Positions 42,816 through 57,566 of a DNA stretch of 64,000 nucleotides are shown here, piece by piece. The notes below the pieces were generated by a model, which was given only the letters and a program-made list of their open reading frames with translations, was not told the origin of the DNA and searched no databases. Both the position numbers and the translations under genes were made by a program. The stretch is from the human T2T-CHM13v2.0 reference genome, Homo sapiens, in NCBI RefSeq assembly GCF_009914755.1, contig NC_060937.1. One strand, 5' to 3'. Numbering within the stretch: the first letter of the stretch is position 1; each line of letters opens with the position of its first letter.

Positions 42816-43137
42816 CATAACTTGTTAATGCACCCATATCATAGAAGTTGTAGCTATCCTAACTAAATAAGTGATTTCATTACTTTAGGGAGGGATGAGA
42901 AGCTTAAATTATTATTGTTTTGAAGTAAACTTTCATCTTATTGTTTAAAATCACCTATGAAAGTCCTCCTTTTGGCTTAAATTTTGTTAAATGGCAATTT
43001 TTGGCTTAGGATGACAAGTGATTTTTCTACTAAACTAATATATCCATGTGTCATTATGATTTTTATCTCAGGAGTCTTTCCAAACATTAAGAAACTCTTC
43101 TTTATGATCACCTTATATTATAATTAAAACAGTTACT

Positions 43138-43445
<308 letters not shown>

Positions 43446-43469
43446 TTACTAGCAGAAACTTGTCCTTAC

Positions 43470-43544
43470 CTTAGCATTTAGGTCAAATGCAATGTGTAAA
43501 GTCCCTGGATTATCCAGAAATAGATTATAAATGAAATCACTTCT
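43470..43544 (-). other. Candidate exon (75 nt), unverified
   Basis: Minus strand: tttcttgctttttctcttttag|AGAAGT...GCTAAG|gtaagg. Only frame 0 is open (RSDFIYNLFLDNPGTLHIAFDLNAK). Confidence 0.4.
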
Positions 43545-45522
43545 CTAAAAGAGAAAAAGCAAGAAACATCTACTTTGGAGTGTACACTGCTGCAATAAGC
43601 TGATTTAATGCCAAAGTGGAGACATTTTTAGCATGCTTTCCCAACTGAGGCCAAACAGATGCCTTCTCATTTGAGGGGGTGTCACAGGGAATCGTTTGAG
43701 CAGTCATCACATATGTATGCTCAACAGAATTCAGCAAAAACAATTGGGAAATTGCAGTCTGGTAAGAAATTTATGATTAGCTCATTTCTTTAGGTATATT
43801 CATACTAGGAAAGACAGGACTGCTTGCTTGTTTTCACTGAATTTCCATTTCTCCAGCCAGAATGGTGAGCTGTAAAGATGACATTGATAATGAAAGTCCT
43901 AGAAACCATTAACCATAAACATTTATGGAGTACCTATTCTGCCCAAGGCAGTTTGCTCAGAAAATCTGAGAATCTACTGTATCAAAGATGTTTTAACAAC
44001 ATGCAGCAGCTATTACTACAGTCCATGCCTTGCCTAATAGCAAAGAAGACAGTCTTTACTGTGCTGACATCTGCCCTGGAAGGCATGTCTCTGAGTATGG
44101 CTGCACTCCTTAATTCTCAACTAAGGACCTCTGCATCCTGGGGAATTCAGTTAAATGGTCCAGTGTGGGGGAGAAGGAGGGCAATCCCTCAGCAAGGAGG
44201 AGTTGTGAAAGATGGAAAAGACACAGGACCTGTGGGTGACAGTCTATCTAATAAGGATCATGTACAACGGTGACACGTGCCAATCTCATTGCATGGTAGT
44301 CACATGATTCAAGAACCTTTTTGTTCCAGCTGTTCCTGACAGCTGTTCTCCTCCCTCTCGCTCAGCACGAAGTTCCTGAAGCACCCAGATGACAGCCTTA
44401 TGTTCAGTGTGGTCACCTGCACTGCCTGATTATACTTGCTAAATACTAAGATGAAAATACACTTGCTCTATCTCCTGCTTTCATTTCTTCTCTCTATCTC
44501 TCAGTCTCTAACTCACATGTATTTACCCGCTTTGCAAGTTTCTGCATGTCCATGTTTTTAAATGTCCCTATAAGCAACACTTTCCTAATTCATTTACTGT
44601 ATCAAAGAAAATATCTCCTCCAGTACCTTCATCCCCATTAAGCCTTGGAGCTAAGTACTCCAGAAATATCATCCATTACTTTTTCCTTGAAAGTCATGCA
44701 AAAAAATTATGACATTTATATATAAAGATGGTTTTTTTCAATCTAAAGATGTTGAAAAATCTCCACAGTAGGAAACTATTACTACAGACTGCATATGAAT
44801 GCCTGTATCCCATGAGATTCTACCACCGAGTCTCCCGAGATGGTGTATTGAAAGCCCCTTTTAACCTGAACTCTTCATTTGGATTGCATTTGCAGGAAGC
44901 TTGTAAATGCTGTATATAGGGAATATTTGTTGACTGATGGAATCAATTTAAATGCAAGTCGTGAGTTTTAAGAAAATTAAAGCAGCTTTATATAGAAGTG
45001 AAGTTAAGGCAAACTCCATGGCTTGCTGTGAAGTGGAATTAGAGTGCAGGCACAGATACCAAAATCTATATTCTTCACTCCTGGCACTGGCTGGTAACAA
45101 CAAAAAAATCCTGAAAGGGATCTGCTGGAGACAGGATTGGCGAGAGCAGGGGAAAAGACAAACGGCACTGCTTCAGCTGGAGCACAGAGGACAGGACCCG
45201 TTCAGGAGCCAGAGGAGGAGATGGAAAGCAACCCACAGAAGCCATGAGGCCCTGGGGGCTCTGGTAGGACACAGCAAAGAAATGCAGGTGGATGGTTCCC
45301 TCTATTGGTGAAAAAATTGCAGATCATATTAGTTGCATCATTGATTTCTGGGAAACAATGAAGAAAATATCGGCAAAGGTAATATCTGAGGATACCAAGG
45401 TAAGGTGGGGAAATCTCATTTGCAATTTTAGGAAAGGAATCCAGTTTGGTGGTCTGGAGCATTTGTAATAGCAAGCCAGAGTCACATGGAAGCCCAGGAG
45501 CTCGCTTAATAACTTATTTTTA

Positions 45523-45835
<313 letters not shown>

Positions 45836-47053
45836 TAATAACTTATTTTTAGGACAAAATGTATGTGTAGATTTTATTATATGCAGAAACACAATTACAT
45901 TAAATCTAGCTCTTTGTTTCATAGTAAATTAGAGCTTAGCACAAATACTATTCCTCCTGTATAAATGATTTATTTAGCTAAACAAATTACATTGTAATTC
46001 TCCTCAGTTTAAAAATGTAGAGCTTATGGGTTTTCAAAAGGTTCAGGGGAAACATACTAAGTTTCAAAGCCTAAAACTGTTAACATTCCTCCCTTATTCT
46101 TACTTTATCATGATATGCTATGCTGCAGATGTTTCTCAGAGACATTCAGTGAAAATCTAAGTCTCTCTGTTCATCATTTTTAATAGCCATGTGAGTTCAA
46201 GTCTTCAAGAATGGTTGAAAGGGGACAAATAAGGAACTCTCTTTTCTTAAATTAAAAACAAGAAAGTCTTCACCAACTTAAGCATCTGGGAAGCTATAAA
46301 CTGAGAGTAATAAAAATTGATTAACCTTAACTGGAGAAAACTCCCACAGACCTTGAAATATTTTTGTGTAGGAGATAAATAATACAGCTGACTAATGATC
46401 TCACAAGTGCAAATATAGAAGACGAACTGGAGACATCTACAGGATCTTCCTTGTTCGGAACACTGCTCAGGTCTTTGTTCTTTGATGGAAATCTACATTT
46501 ACGAGCCACCAGATCTGGCCTGTCAAACCTACTTTTCGTTTTGGTGACTGACTGATATCCAGATGACATGAACAGCGTTTACATGTGACACATAAATATG
46601 TGCATGCAATTTAAGAGCTTTGCCGGTCATCAGATTTGGAGAAGGAATAAAGGAAAAAATCATATGCATTTTTTAATATTTACATATCAATACAAGACTA
46701 AATTTCAGTCTTTGTGCCTCATAGTGAGATCAGCAGAAACTCTGCCTGCTTTTTTTCTATTGAGAAGTTCAACAACTTTAGAAACAAAAAAAAAATTACC
46801 GTTTAATTCTTTTGCAGTACACATTTTAGTCTAAAAAAAAACCCTTTATTATTTTCCATGATTGAGAATCAGTGTGTCCTTTTTGCTTAAAAGTATCAAA
46901 GAATGAAAAAGGATTTCATGCATCCAGATATTAATTGAGGAAGCCGCTAGTGGCCTTTGCTGTAAGAATATTGATATTTTAAGTACATTTTGAAAGGTTG
47001 AATAAGTGAAAATAAATAGTGCATCTATGCTCATTGAGTTTAGACATTTAGAT

Positions 47054-47545
47054 CAGAGATTCTCAACCTGAGAGTCTCAATAGAAACTCTATTGATCATT
47101 TGTGAGATTTGTCTCAAGAAAGTGTTTGCTCCTAATGAAGCGTTACCAGGAGCAGTTTGAGAGGTGGGGAGTTTTCTTATCGTGAGACTGGACTCAAGAT
47201 TCAGTGCAGTGGCAAAGTCATTGAGCTTTGCACGTCAGAGGGAAATAAAGGTTTTCCTTAAACAAAGAAACTCTCATTCGTGTTAATAAGCTTTTCTGAG
47301 GGAGAAAGAGAACGATGAAGTGGGGAGTTGTACATATCTTGTATCCGAATTTCACAGTAAATAATCATTACTGTTGAACCTTAATAGCTGTATTGAATAC
47401 AAATTATTGCACTGCATTATTTTTACCAAAATGAAAGGAGGAGAAACTTTTGTGAAAATCTGGGTATAACCATGGCAGTTGTCTCATATTTTAACTTCAT
47501 AATAGGAGGAAAAGGCTGGGAGAACGGAAGCTAAGAACTATTGAT
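47054..47545. mobile_element. Possible old hAT (MER/Charlie) element
   Basis: TIR-like ends CAGAGATTCTCAACCTG ... CTAAGAACTATTG; family not recognised. Confidence 0.3.
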
Positions 47546-47749
47546 TTAAATAAATTCAAATGACTACAGTCAAATGCTTATAAGAGAACTAAGCAGGTGT
47601 CTTAGTGGCCCAGAAGATCTAGCTTTGGCAGTTTCTGACCTACACACACCCCAGATTTTGAGAGAAAGAGAGAGTGCCCTACCTTGATCCCCTAACTAGC
47701 AACAGCACCAAATTTCTAAAGTCAGAGGAGTAGAAAATTCATAGGAGGT

Positions 47750-48030
47750 GAAACTCCCCAGCTGAAGTCCTGGATCTGACGCACACTAATTTTATGAATG
47801 GCATTTCTTATTTAACCTCCTTGTTCCTCAATGTCTTTATTTATAGTATAAAGAAATAATGCCCGTTTCCTGTCTCTTGGTGTTACATGAGGATTAAATA
47901 TGAAAAAGCAGATGAATGTTCTTTATCAACTATAAAGCACTATACAAATACAGTAATTACCCCCCCAAGACAGTGTAATGCCTAAATATAATAGGTGCTA
48001 AATATTGCTTATTGAGTGAATGAATAACCA
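47750..48030 (+). mobile_element. MIR plus L2 3' tail
   Basis: TTATTTAACCTCCTTGTTCCTCA...TGAGGATTAAAT; TAGGTGCTAAATATTGCTTATTGAGTGAATGAAT. Confidence 0.6.
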
Positions 48031-48144
48031 AATGAGAATTGACCTGCTCTTTCTCCAACACTGCCCCCAACCCAACCCCATGAAGCAGCTACTACAGAAG
48101 TGAAAACTAGACCCAGAGCACATTGAGAGGTTCCCTTTAGGTCT

Positions 48145-49582
48145 TTTTTAAATTAGTTTTTTTAATTAACAAATAAAAATTGCATATATACGGTGTACAG
48201 CGTGATGTTTTGTTCATATGCATACATTGTCGAATAATTAGATCAAGCTGACTAACACATCCTTCACCTCACACACTTACCATTTTTGTGGTGAGAACAT
48301 TTAAAATGTCTCTTAGCAGTTTTCAAGTGTACAGTACATCATTATTAACTATACTTACCATGCTGCACCATAGATCTCCAAAACTTACTCCTTCTCACTG
48401 AAACTTTGTACCCTTTGACCAAGATCTCCTCATCCCCACCCCCACCCCCAGGCCCTGGTTATGAGCATTCTACTCTCTACTTCTATGAGTTCAACTTTTT
48501 TAGATTTCACATATAAGTAAAATCATGCCTTATTTGTCTTCTGTGCCTGGCATATTTCACTTAGCATAATGTCCTCCGGGTTCATCCACGTTGTCACAAA
48601 CGACAGAATTTCCTTCTATTTTAAGACTGAATAGTATTTCATTGTTTATATATACCACATTTTCTTTATCCATCCATTAGTGGACAGTTAGTGTGATTTC
48701 ATATTTTGGCTATTGTAAATAATGCTGCGATAAACATGGGAGTTCAGATATCTCTTCAACATACTAATTTTATTTCCTCTGCATATATACCCAGAAGTAG
48801 GATTGCTAGATCATATAGTCTATTTTTAATTTTTTTAAGGAACCTCTATACTGTCTTCCACAATGGCTTTACTGATATACATACCCACCAACAGTGTATA
48901 AGTGTTCCCTTTTCTTTGCATCCTTGCCAACACTTACTAACTTTCATCTTTTTGATAACAGTGTTTCTAACAGATGTAAAATGGTATCTCATTGTGGTTT
49001 TAATTTGTATTTCCCAAATAACTACTGATGTTGATCATTTTTTCATATACCCATTGGCCATTTCTTTATCTTCTTTTGAGAAATGTTTGTTCCAGTCCTT
49101 TGCCCACTTTTTAATCCAGTTATTTGGGTTTGTCGCTATTGAGTTGAGTTTCTTATATATTTTGGATATTAACCTTTTATCAGATGTATGGCTTGCAAAT
49201 ATTTTCTACCATTCTGTGCATTGTTTCTTCACTCCGATAATTGTTGCCTTGGTTGTGCAGAAGCTTTTTAGTTTGATGTAATCCCATTTGTCTATTTAAC
49301 TCTTTAATCCATATTGAGTTGATTTTTCTATGTGGTGTGACATTAGAGTTTAGTTTCATTCTCCTGCATGTGGATATCCAGTTGTCCCAACGTCCTTTAC
49401 TAAAGACACTAGTCTTCCCTTTCTTGTGTGTGCTTGGCAACTTTGTCAAAGATCAGTTGACCATAAATGAGTGAATTTATTTCTGGGCTATTTATGCTGT
49501 TCCATTGGCCTATATGTCTGCTTTTGATTGTACCATGCTGTTTTGATTGTTACAGTTTGGTAGATTTTGAGATCAGGTAGTA
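48145..49582 (-). mobile_element. L1MA-type 3' fragment
   Basis: TTTGTGGTGAGAACATTTAAAAT...TAGATCTCCAAAACTTA...; ORF 49180-49449 has L1 ORF2 similarity. Confidence 0.9.
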
Positions 49583-49609
49583 AGAGGAGAGATTTTTTTA
49601 TAGGTTTGA

Positions 49610-49959
<350 letters not shown>

Positions 49960-50049
49960 TAAAATTGTTATTTCTTAAGGTGTTATTCAGTATATTTAAG
50001 TACACATTCACAGTGGGTGATCTTGTACTGAATAAAAGATAGTTAGGAG

Positions 50050-50830
<781 letters not shown>

Positions 50831-51124
50831 TAGAGGAGCCTGATTTTTTCAAAGTTTTGTTTACCATTTAAATAAAGATAAAAAAGTCTGAATTAATAGT
50901 TTCTATAATATAATCAATACATTTCAATGAAATATGAATCCAGGACACATCAGTAAGTGAAAAGTAGAGAAACAGAATTATAAACTATCACTACCATAAT
51001 ATTTACAAAGATAACACTTTCCAAACTAGACCTTAAATTTTCTTTAGAATATTATGATGCCTTTAAAATTCTGTTTCCTTTACTGGATTACTTAATTTTA
51101 AATACCTTTTTTGGAAAGTGGTCT

Positions 51125-51395
51125 TTCTTTTTCATTGACAAGTAAAAATTGTGTGTGCATCTATATGGTATACAACATGCTGTTTTGATATAAGTGTACA
51201 TTGAGTAATGGCTAAATCAAGCTATTTAGCCTATGCATTAACTCACATACTTATCTTTTTATGGTGAAAGCATTTAAAATCTCCTCTCTTAGCAATTTGC
51301 AAGTATACAACATATTGTTATTAACTATATTTACCATGATGTACAACAGATCTCTTGAACTTATTCCTCCAGTCTAACTGAAATTTTGTGTTCTT
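51125..51395 (-). mobile_element. L1MA 3' end fragment
   Basis: ATGGCTAAATCAAGCTA...AGATCTCTTGAACTTATTCCTCCAGTCTAACTGAAATTTTGT. Confidence 0.85.
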
Positions 51396-51436
51396 TGTTT
51401 CTCATGGTTTCTAGAACAGGAGATGGCACATCCTAG

Positions 51437-51784
<348 letters not shown>

Positions 51785-52059
51785 TGACATAACATAGTAC
51801 TTATCTAGCACTGATAGAATTGTGGGGTGATTAATCTTCTTTTGGTTTTAGTTTATGAAAAATAAACTATTTCCTAAAGAAGAATGTGGGAGAGAGAGAG
51901 AAAGGAAAGGAGATATCAAATATATCAAAGACAAATTCACTCTTTTGTTTTGAGCCATCTTCTTTCTCAACAATCAAAATGCTGAAGTTTTTTTAACCTG
52001 ATGGACAAGGTTAAGAAAGACAAGATTAAGGTTAATAGATAATTCACCAAATTGTTCCC

Positions 52060-52200
52060 TAATATCCAGCTTTCAGAGGCATGACTCTGGATTCAAACAT
52101 TTGCTTCACTGCTTACTCTGATGTCCTTGGACGAGTCACTGAACCTCACTGAGAGTAAATTCTTGCATCTCTAAAAATGAGAATAATAGAACCTTATGTG
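52060..52200 (+). mobile_element. MIR
   Basis: GATTCAAACATTTGCTTCACTGCTTAC...GAGTCACTGAACCTC...CATCTCTAAAAATGAG. Confidence 0.65.
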
Positions 52201-52214
52201 ACACTCTCCTGCAA

Positions 52215-52920
52215 ATCAAAAAGAACAAGTCAAATGGACAAAAGATCTGACTAGGAAACAAAGTGCCACTACATTTATCAAGAGCGTTTCAAATACGTTG
52301 GATATCAGAATTGCAAATTCAAGCAATGATGAGGTTTCATTTTAGACTAATCAGACAGGAAGAACTTAGAAAACTGGATAATTCCACTGCTAGCAGAGAG
52401 ACAGAGATAGGGTTGCCTGTGCTGCTGGTGAGCCTTGGCCCGATTCTCAGCAGCCATTCTGGGGAGGAGTCAGACAGGTCCCTGTCGAAATGCAGGTAGA
52501 CTGTTCACTGTGGCCTACCAAGGATGGATCCTGGGTGACTCTCATAGGAATTCTCACCCAGCTCTGTACGAAGCATAAGCGGAGACGGTCCTTGCTCTGC
52601 CATCCCTGGGAAATGGAGGGGTAAACCAGGCCGCAAGCACATAATAGAGCACTAGCCAGCTGTTGGAGGTAGTTGGATGGTGTACACAGGACAACACATA
52701 GAGATTTTGAAAACAGTGTTGAGTGAACAAAGAAAGAAACAAAATAAGACAATACAACAAACATAAGTTAGAATAAAGGCACATACAACAGCAATACACA
52801 TTTTGCCAGTAGCACATACATGCAAAAGAGTGTGCACTGCACTCCTTAGAACTGCACCCTGTGAGGATGGGAGTGAGGATTTTGGCTACAGGCAAGGAGG
52901 AAAAGAAACTGAATAAATAA
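52215..52920 (+). mobile_element. L1ME-class 3' fragment
   Basis: GAATTGCAAATTCAAGCAATGATGAGGTTTCATTTT...GAAAACAGTGTTGAGTGAA. Confidence 0.55.
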
Positions 52921-52938
52921 CTTTAAAAGTAATTGAGG

Positions 52939-53284
<346 letters not shown>

Positions 53285-53384
53285 TTAGTATAGTGCATGG
53301 TACAAAGTAAATGCTGAAAGAATATTAGCTCATATTACCTCTTTTTTCTTCTTTCTCTAAAAATTAAAAAATAATAGTAAAATA

Positions 53385-53680
53385 GGTCGGGCATGGTGGC
53401 TCAGCCTGTAATCCCAACACTTTGGGATGCCAAGGTGGGAGGATCACTTGAAGCCAGGAGTTTGAGACCAGCATGGGCAACAAAGCGAGACCCCTGTCTC
53501 AAAAAATAAAATAAAATAAATTAACCAGGCGTGTTGGCGTGGTCCCAGCTACTTGGGAGGCCAAAGCATGAGGATCATTTGAGCTTAGTAGTTTGAAGGT
53601 GCAGTGAGCTAGGATCGCACCACTGAACTCCAGCCTGGGCAACACAGCAAGACCTTGTCTCAAAATAAATAAATAAATTA
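53385..53680 (+). mobile_element. AluJ
   Basis: Dimer with (TAAA)n tail. Confidence 0.92.
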
Positions 53681-53796
53681 TTTAATTAGAATAAAATGAA
53701 AATGGGGGGAACATATGGTACATTAGCATTAGCATAGCCTTTGGAATCAGAGACAGTTGTCAGCTATTCTATGAAATTGACCAAGATACTTAACTT

Positions 53797-54087
53797 CCCC
53801 CTGCCCTGCCCCCCGAGACAGAGTCTCACTCTGTTGCCCAGGCTGTAGTGTAGTGGTGCAATTTTAGCTCACTGCAACCTCCGCCTCCCAGGTTCAAGCA
53901 GTTCTCCCTGCCTCAGCCTCTGGGGTAGCTGGGATTACAGGTGCCCACCACCACACCCAGCTAATTTTTGTATTTTTAGTAGAGACAGGGTTTTGCCAGG
54001 CTGGTCTCGAACTCCTGACCTCGGGTGATCTGCCCGCCTTAGCCTCCCAAAGTGTTGGGATTACAGGCGTGAGCCACGGCGCCCGGC
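53797..54087 (-). mobile_element. AluS inside a + strand MIR; tail is G-rich instead of A-rich
   Basis: Reverse Alu 53815-54087 preceded by CCCCCTGCCCTGCCCCCC; flanks ATACTTAACTT/ATACTAACTT. Confidence 0.9.
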
Positions 54088-54299
54088 AACATACTAACTT
54101 TTTGAGCTTCTGTTTTCTGATGTCTGAAAGGATGATAAGACCAATTGTAAGGCGTGGTTGTCTAGACAACTAAATTTAGATCATATAGGTAATATACCTA
54201 CTATATAGTATGTTCGTACTTTATTTTCCATCTCCCTTCACCCTAATATGTCCCCAAATTTGCTATAATTTGTAGAGTGTGGCTCTCTTTCATAACTTT

Positions 54300-54600
54300 T
54301 GGCTGTGAGAGTCTCCTTCGCCCCACAATATCATAATTATTTTTTCAGAACAGTCATTAAACACTGCATTGCCTCTGTCTGTTTGTTCCAAACTGTAGAA
54401 AAACCCTAGTCTTTTGGACACAATCATTTTATTTGACCTTTTCTGCAACTTATTCAGCTTCATTCTATCTTTCCAAAAGAACATTGATCTGTCCAAAGAA
54501 AACAGCATTCCAATCCATACTCTTGGTTTGTTTATATACTTAGCATAACTTCTCGGTTCTATTTTCTTTATGTTGTCCTGCATTCTGTATGCTTTTTCAT
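54300..54600 (-). mobile_element. L3/CR1 LINE relic
   Basis: ORF 54290-54610 peptide WKDRMKLNKLQKRSNKMI...KRLGFFYSLE resembles the CR1 RT C-terminus (KKDIDKLERVQRRATKMI...LGLFSLE). Confidence 0.6.
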
Positions 54601-55029
54601 CTTCCAGCACATATCAAGCCAACATCTTCAGGGAGTGGTCTGCTGGGACCGGTTTACCATGCCTCACTCAGGTATCTCCTAGAACAAAATCACAATTTAC
54701 CAAGCGCAGTAGGATGAGTCTAGACAAGATACGGGCTTGTAAAGAAGGAATTCAACCAGAAGGTGGCACTATTGCAAAGCCAATCTAAACGCATTGCTTT
54801 CAAGACGCATTTTCTAGGATTTAATCATATACACAAAATAAATATTGAATCAAATTTTATATCAATAAAAGAATAAAGAAATGTGTACTTCTGCTTATGA
54901 TAACTATAGTGGAATTATAATTATAAAACTGAACATGTGTTTTAAAAGTTTACTATCAGGACAGCATGCTTCTTTACAATATGTAGATTTGCAGTTAACT
55001 ATCAATTGTGGCCAGTTTTAAATATCACA

Positions 55030-55300
55030 GCCATTTAAGCAAAAAGGCAAACACTTTTCTGGCTCTCATGATGTGCTAGGGATAGTTCTAAATACTTTAT
55101 ACAAAGTCATTTAATTTTTGCAGCATCCCCATGGAATTGGTCTTATTGTTGGATTAGCATCTCTATTTTTTTCTAGATGAGGAAACTGAGGCACAGAGAG
55201 GTTAAGTCACTGGCCCCAAGTCACAGAGCTGACAGGTGAGAGAGCCAGGACTCAAACCCATCCAGGCTAGCTCCACTCTGTGCACTTTACTACTGCAGTG
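55030..55300 (-). mobile_element. MIR
   Basis: AGATGAGGAAACTGAGGCACAGAGAGGTTAAGTCACTGGCCCCAAGTCACAG. Confidence 0.85.
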
Positions 55301-55659
55301 TGCAACCTCTGAAAGTTAGAAGGAACTGTAAAGGTCATCATGTCTCATTCCCACTGGAAGCAGAAGCCCTTCCTTGGCTACCCTGACAGGACAGGACAGT
55401 GGAGGAATCCCACTCTTCAACATGAGCACACATCAGGGATCCATGGGCCAAATCACCCCCACCCACCGCCTCCACTCTGAGCAAGGCTCAATGTAACCTG
55501 CAAGACTGGTTCTCCCCTTTCCCTTCTAGCTCCATAGTAGACCACCTGCTGCCCATCATCACTCTTTTTCCTTCACTTATGTTAGTGCCGCAAATGCAGC
55601 AATGCCTGTCTGAATCCCAGGTGTGATCTGAGTTTAATTCTCCATCACAGGGCCCTGTG

Positions 55660-55950
55660 TAAACCACTTTTAACTCTAGTATTAAAGTTAAAAGTCAAAA
55701 CTATTAAGAATAACTGTAACCACAAAACCTTGTTCATAGGTACACAATATAAAAATACACTCTGATATCAATAACGTAAGGTAGGGGGAGTAAACATGTA
55801 GAGCTTTCACATGCAATCCAACTTAAGTTGTAATCTCAAAATGGGCTATTACAGCTCTGAGGCTCATATGCAAGCTTCATGGCAACCACAGTTGCATTCC
55901 TATACGCTCACAACAAGCTATCCAAAAAGGAAAGTAGGAAAACAATCCAC
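55660..55950 (+). mobile_element. L1M fragments (inter-ORF region plus a short ORF2 piece)
   Basis: AAGTTAAAAGTCAAAACTATT...GCAAGCTTCATGGCAACCACA; GTTGCATTCCTATAC. Confidence 0.55.
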
Positions 55951-56279
55951 ATATTTTTCAGGTTCTATTTAATGCCAAGCTTTTTTTTTTGGCATGTTTT
56001 TTGCACATTTTGTTGGTAATAGTGCTGTTTAAAATGGCCCCCAAATAGAAGTGCTGCCTAGCGTTCCTAAGCACAAGAAGACTATGATGTGCCCTTACGG
56101 AGAAAACACACAGAGAAACTTCACTCAGGCATGAGTTCAGTGCTGTTGGCCATGACTTCAATATTAATGAATCAACAGTATGGTACATCCAGGAAAAGGC
56201 AGTGGAAATTCATCAGTCTGTATACAAGGGCACTCCAGAAAGTGCTGGAGTTATGTCTACAGTGTATTATAAACCTATG

Positions 56280-56805
56280 TGTATTAGTTCATTTTCACAC
56301 TGCTATAAAGAACTACCTGAGACTGGGTAATTTATAAAGAAAAGAGGTTTAATTGACTCCCATTTCCATGTGGCTGGGGAGGCCTCAGGAAACTTACAAT
56401 CATGGTGGAAGGCTAAGAGGAAGCAAGGTACCTCTTACATGGTGGCAGGAAGTGGGGCAGGAGGAAATGCCACACTTTTAAACCACCACATCTCTTGAGA
56501 ACTCACTACTGTCATAAGAACTGCATGGAAGAAACTGCCCCTATGATTCAATTACCTCCCACCAGATCCCTCCCTCAACAATTTTTCCAAACAACTTTTA
56601 TTTCCTCAGTCTTCCCTAACCCTGTGGAAAAAGAAGCTGCCATTGACCAGTCCCAGGGTAAGGCCGATATCTTTTCTACTCCCTCAATATATATTTTAAA
56701 AAATGCCTGCTAAGTATTATGCAGGAAAAGGGTTGTATGAATTGTAATGAAGGGATTACAATTCAATATGAGATTTGGGTGGGGACACAGAGCCAAACCA
56801 TATCA
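56280..56805 (-). mobile_element. MSTA/THE1D-like MaLR solo LTR carrying a ~170-bp foreign insert
   Basis: TGTATTAGTTCATTTTCACACTGCTATAAAGAACTACCTGAGACTGGG...CAGAGCCAAACCATATCA; 5-bp TSD CTATG at 56275-56279 and 56806-56810. Confidence 0.92.
56581..56739 (+). repeat. Direct duplicate of 57441-57602
   Basis: My manual alignment gives 7 substitutions and 2 small indels over ~160 bp. Confidence 0.92.
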
Positions 56806-57047
56806 CTATGGAAAACATGGATCGATGAGATAACCACTGATTTAAAAAGCATGTGGACAGCATTGTTTCGAGGCTGAAAGCCAAAGACATTTATGTTATG
56901 TTCCTTAGGACAAAGAAAATGTTAAAGCTTTCTCAGCTACTGGTTGGCTCACTCATTTCATTCAAAAGGCCAGATGACGTGAGATGTTGAACTTACAGCT
57001 GAGGTACGGTCTGCGATCAAGAGGCTGAGGAAGAATTTTTAAAACCT

Positions 57048-57566
57048 CTGCCGGAGCAGGTGAGGTAGCAGGGCTGGAAAGGCCACTCTGATTGGGCTAC
57101 GAGGTTGAAGTGCCCCCTTGGGACTCAGTTGGCCTACAAAGATGCTTTCCAGGTATCCTGCCTCCAATGTGTGCTCAGACAGTGTCAGTGCCCAGCAGAG
57201 CTGACCGAGACAACCACAACAGTGCAGCTCGCCATCTTCACCAACATGCCAGGCGGCTTGCTCTTCTTACTTGTCATTCTCCATCACTACATGGCCACCA
57301 GTAATCCCAAGAGGCAGGAGTGTGAGTGGGGCTTCTCTGCCCAGGGTTCCAGGACACAGTCTGAGGTGAGATGGAGGGTGTGAGGGGCTTTTGCACTTCA
57401 CCCCTCTCCCCATCACAACATACAAAGCAATGCCACCTGGATTTTTCCAAACAACTTTAATTTCCTCATAGTCTTCCCTAACCCTGTGGAACAAGAAGTT
57501 GCCATTGACTCAGTCCCAGGGTAAGGCTGATATCTTTTCTACTCCCTCAATACATATTTTTAAAAA
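57048..57566 (+). pseudogene. OST4: Processed pseudogene of OST4 (oligosaccharyltransferase subunit 4); the symbol is that of the parent gene
   Basis: 57210-57320 translates [37 protein letters not shown], against recalled OST4 [37 protein letters not shown] (37 codons, no indels). ATG>ACA and TGA>TGT; UTR-like flanks; inserted at a TTTT/AAAA site inside the Tigger. Confidence 0.88.

Noticed and set aside
54290-54610. 106-aa minus-strand ORF as a novel gene
   Set aside because: Better explained as a decayed CR1/L3 reverse-transcriptase C-terminus.
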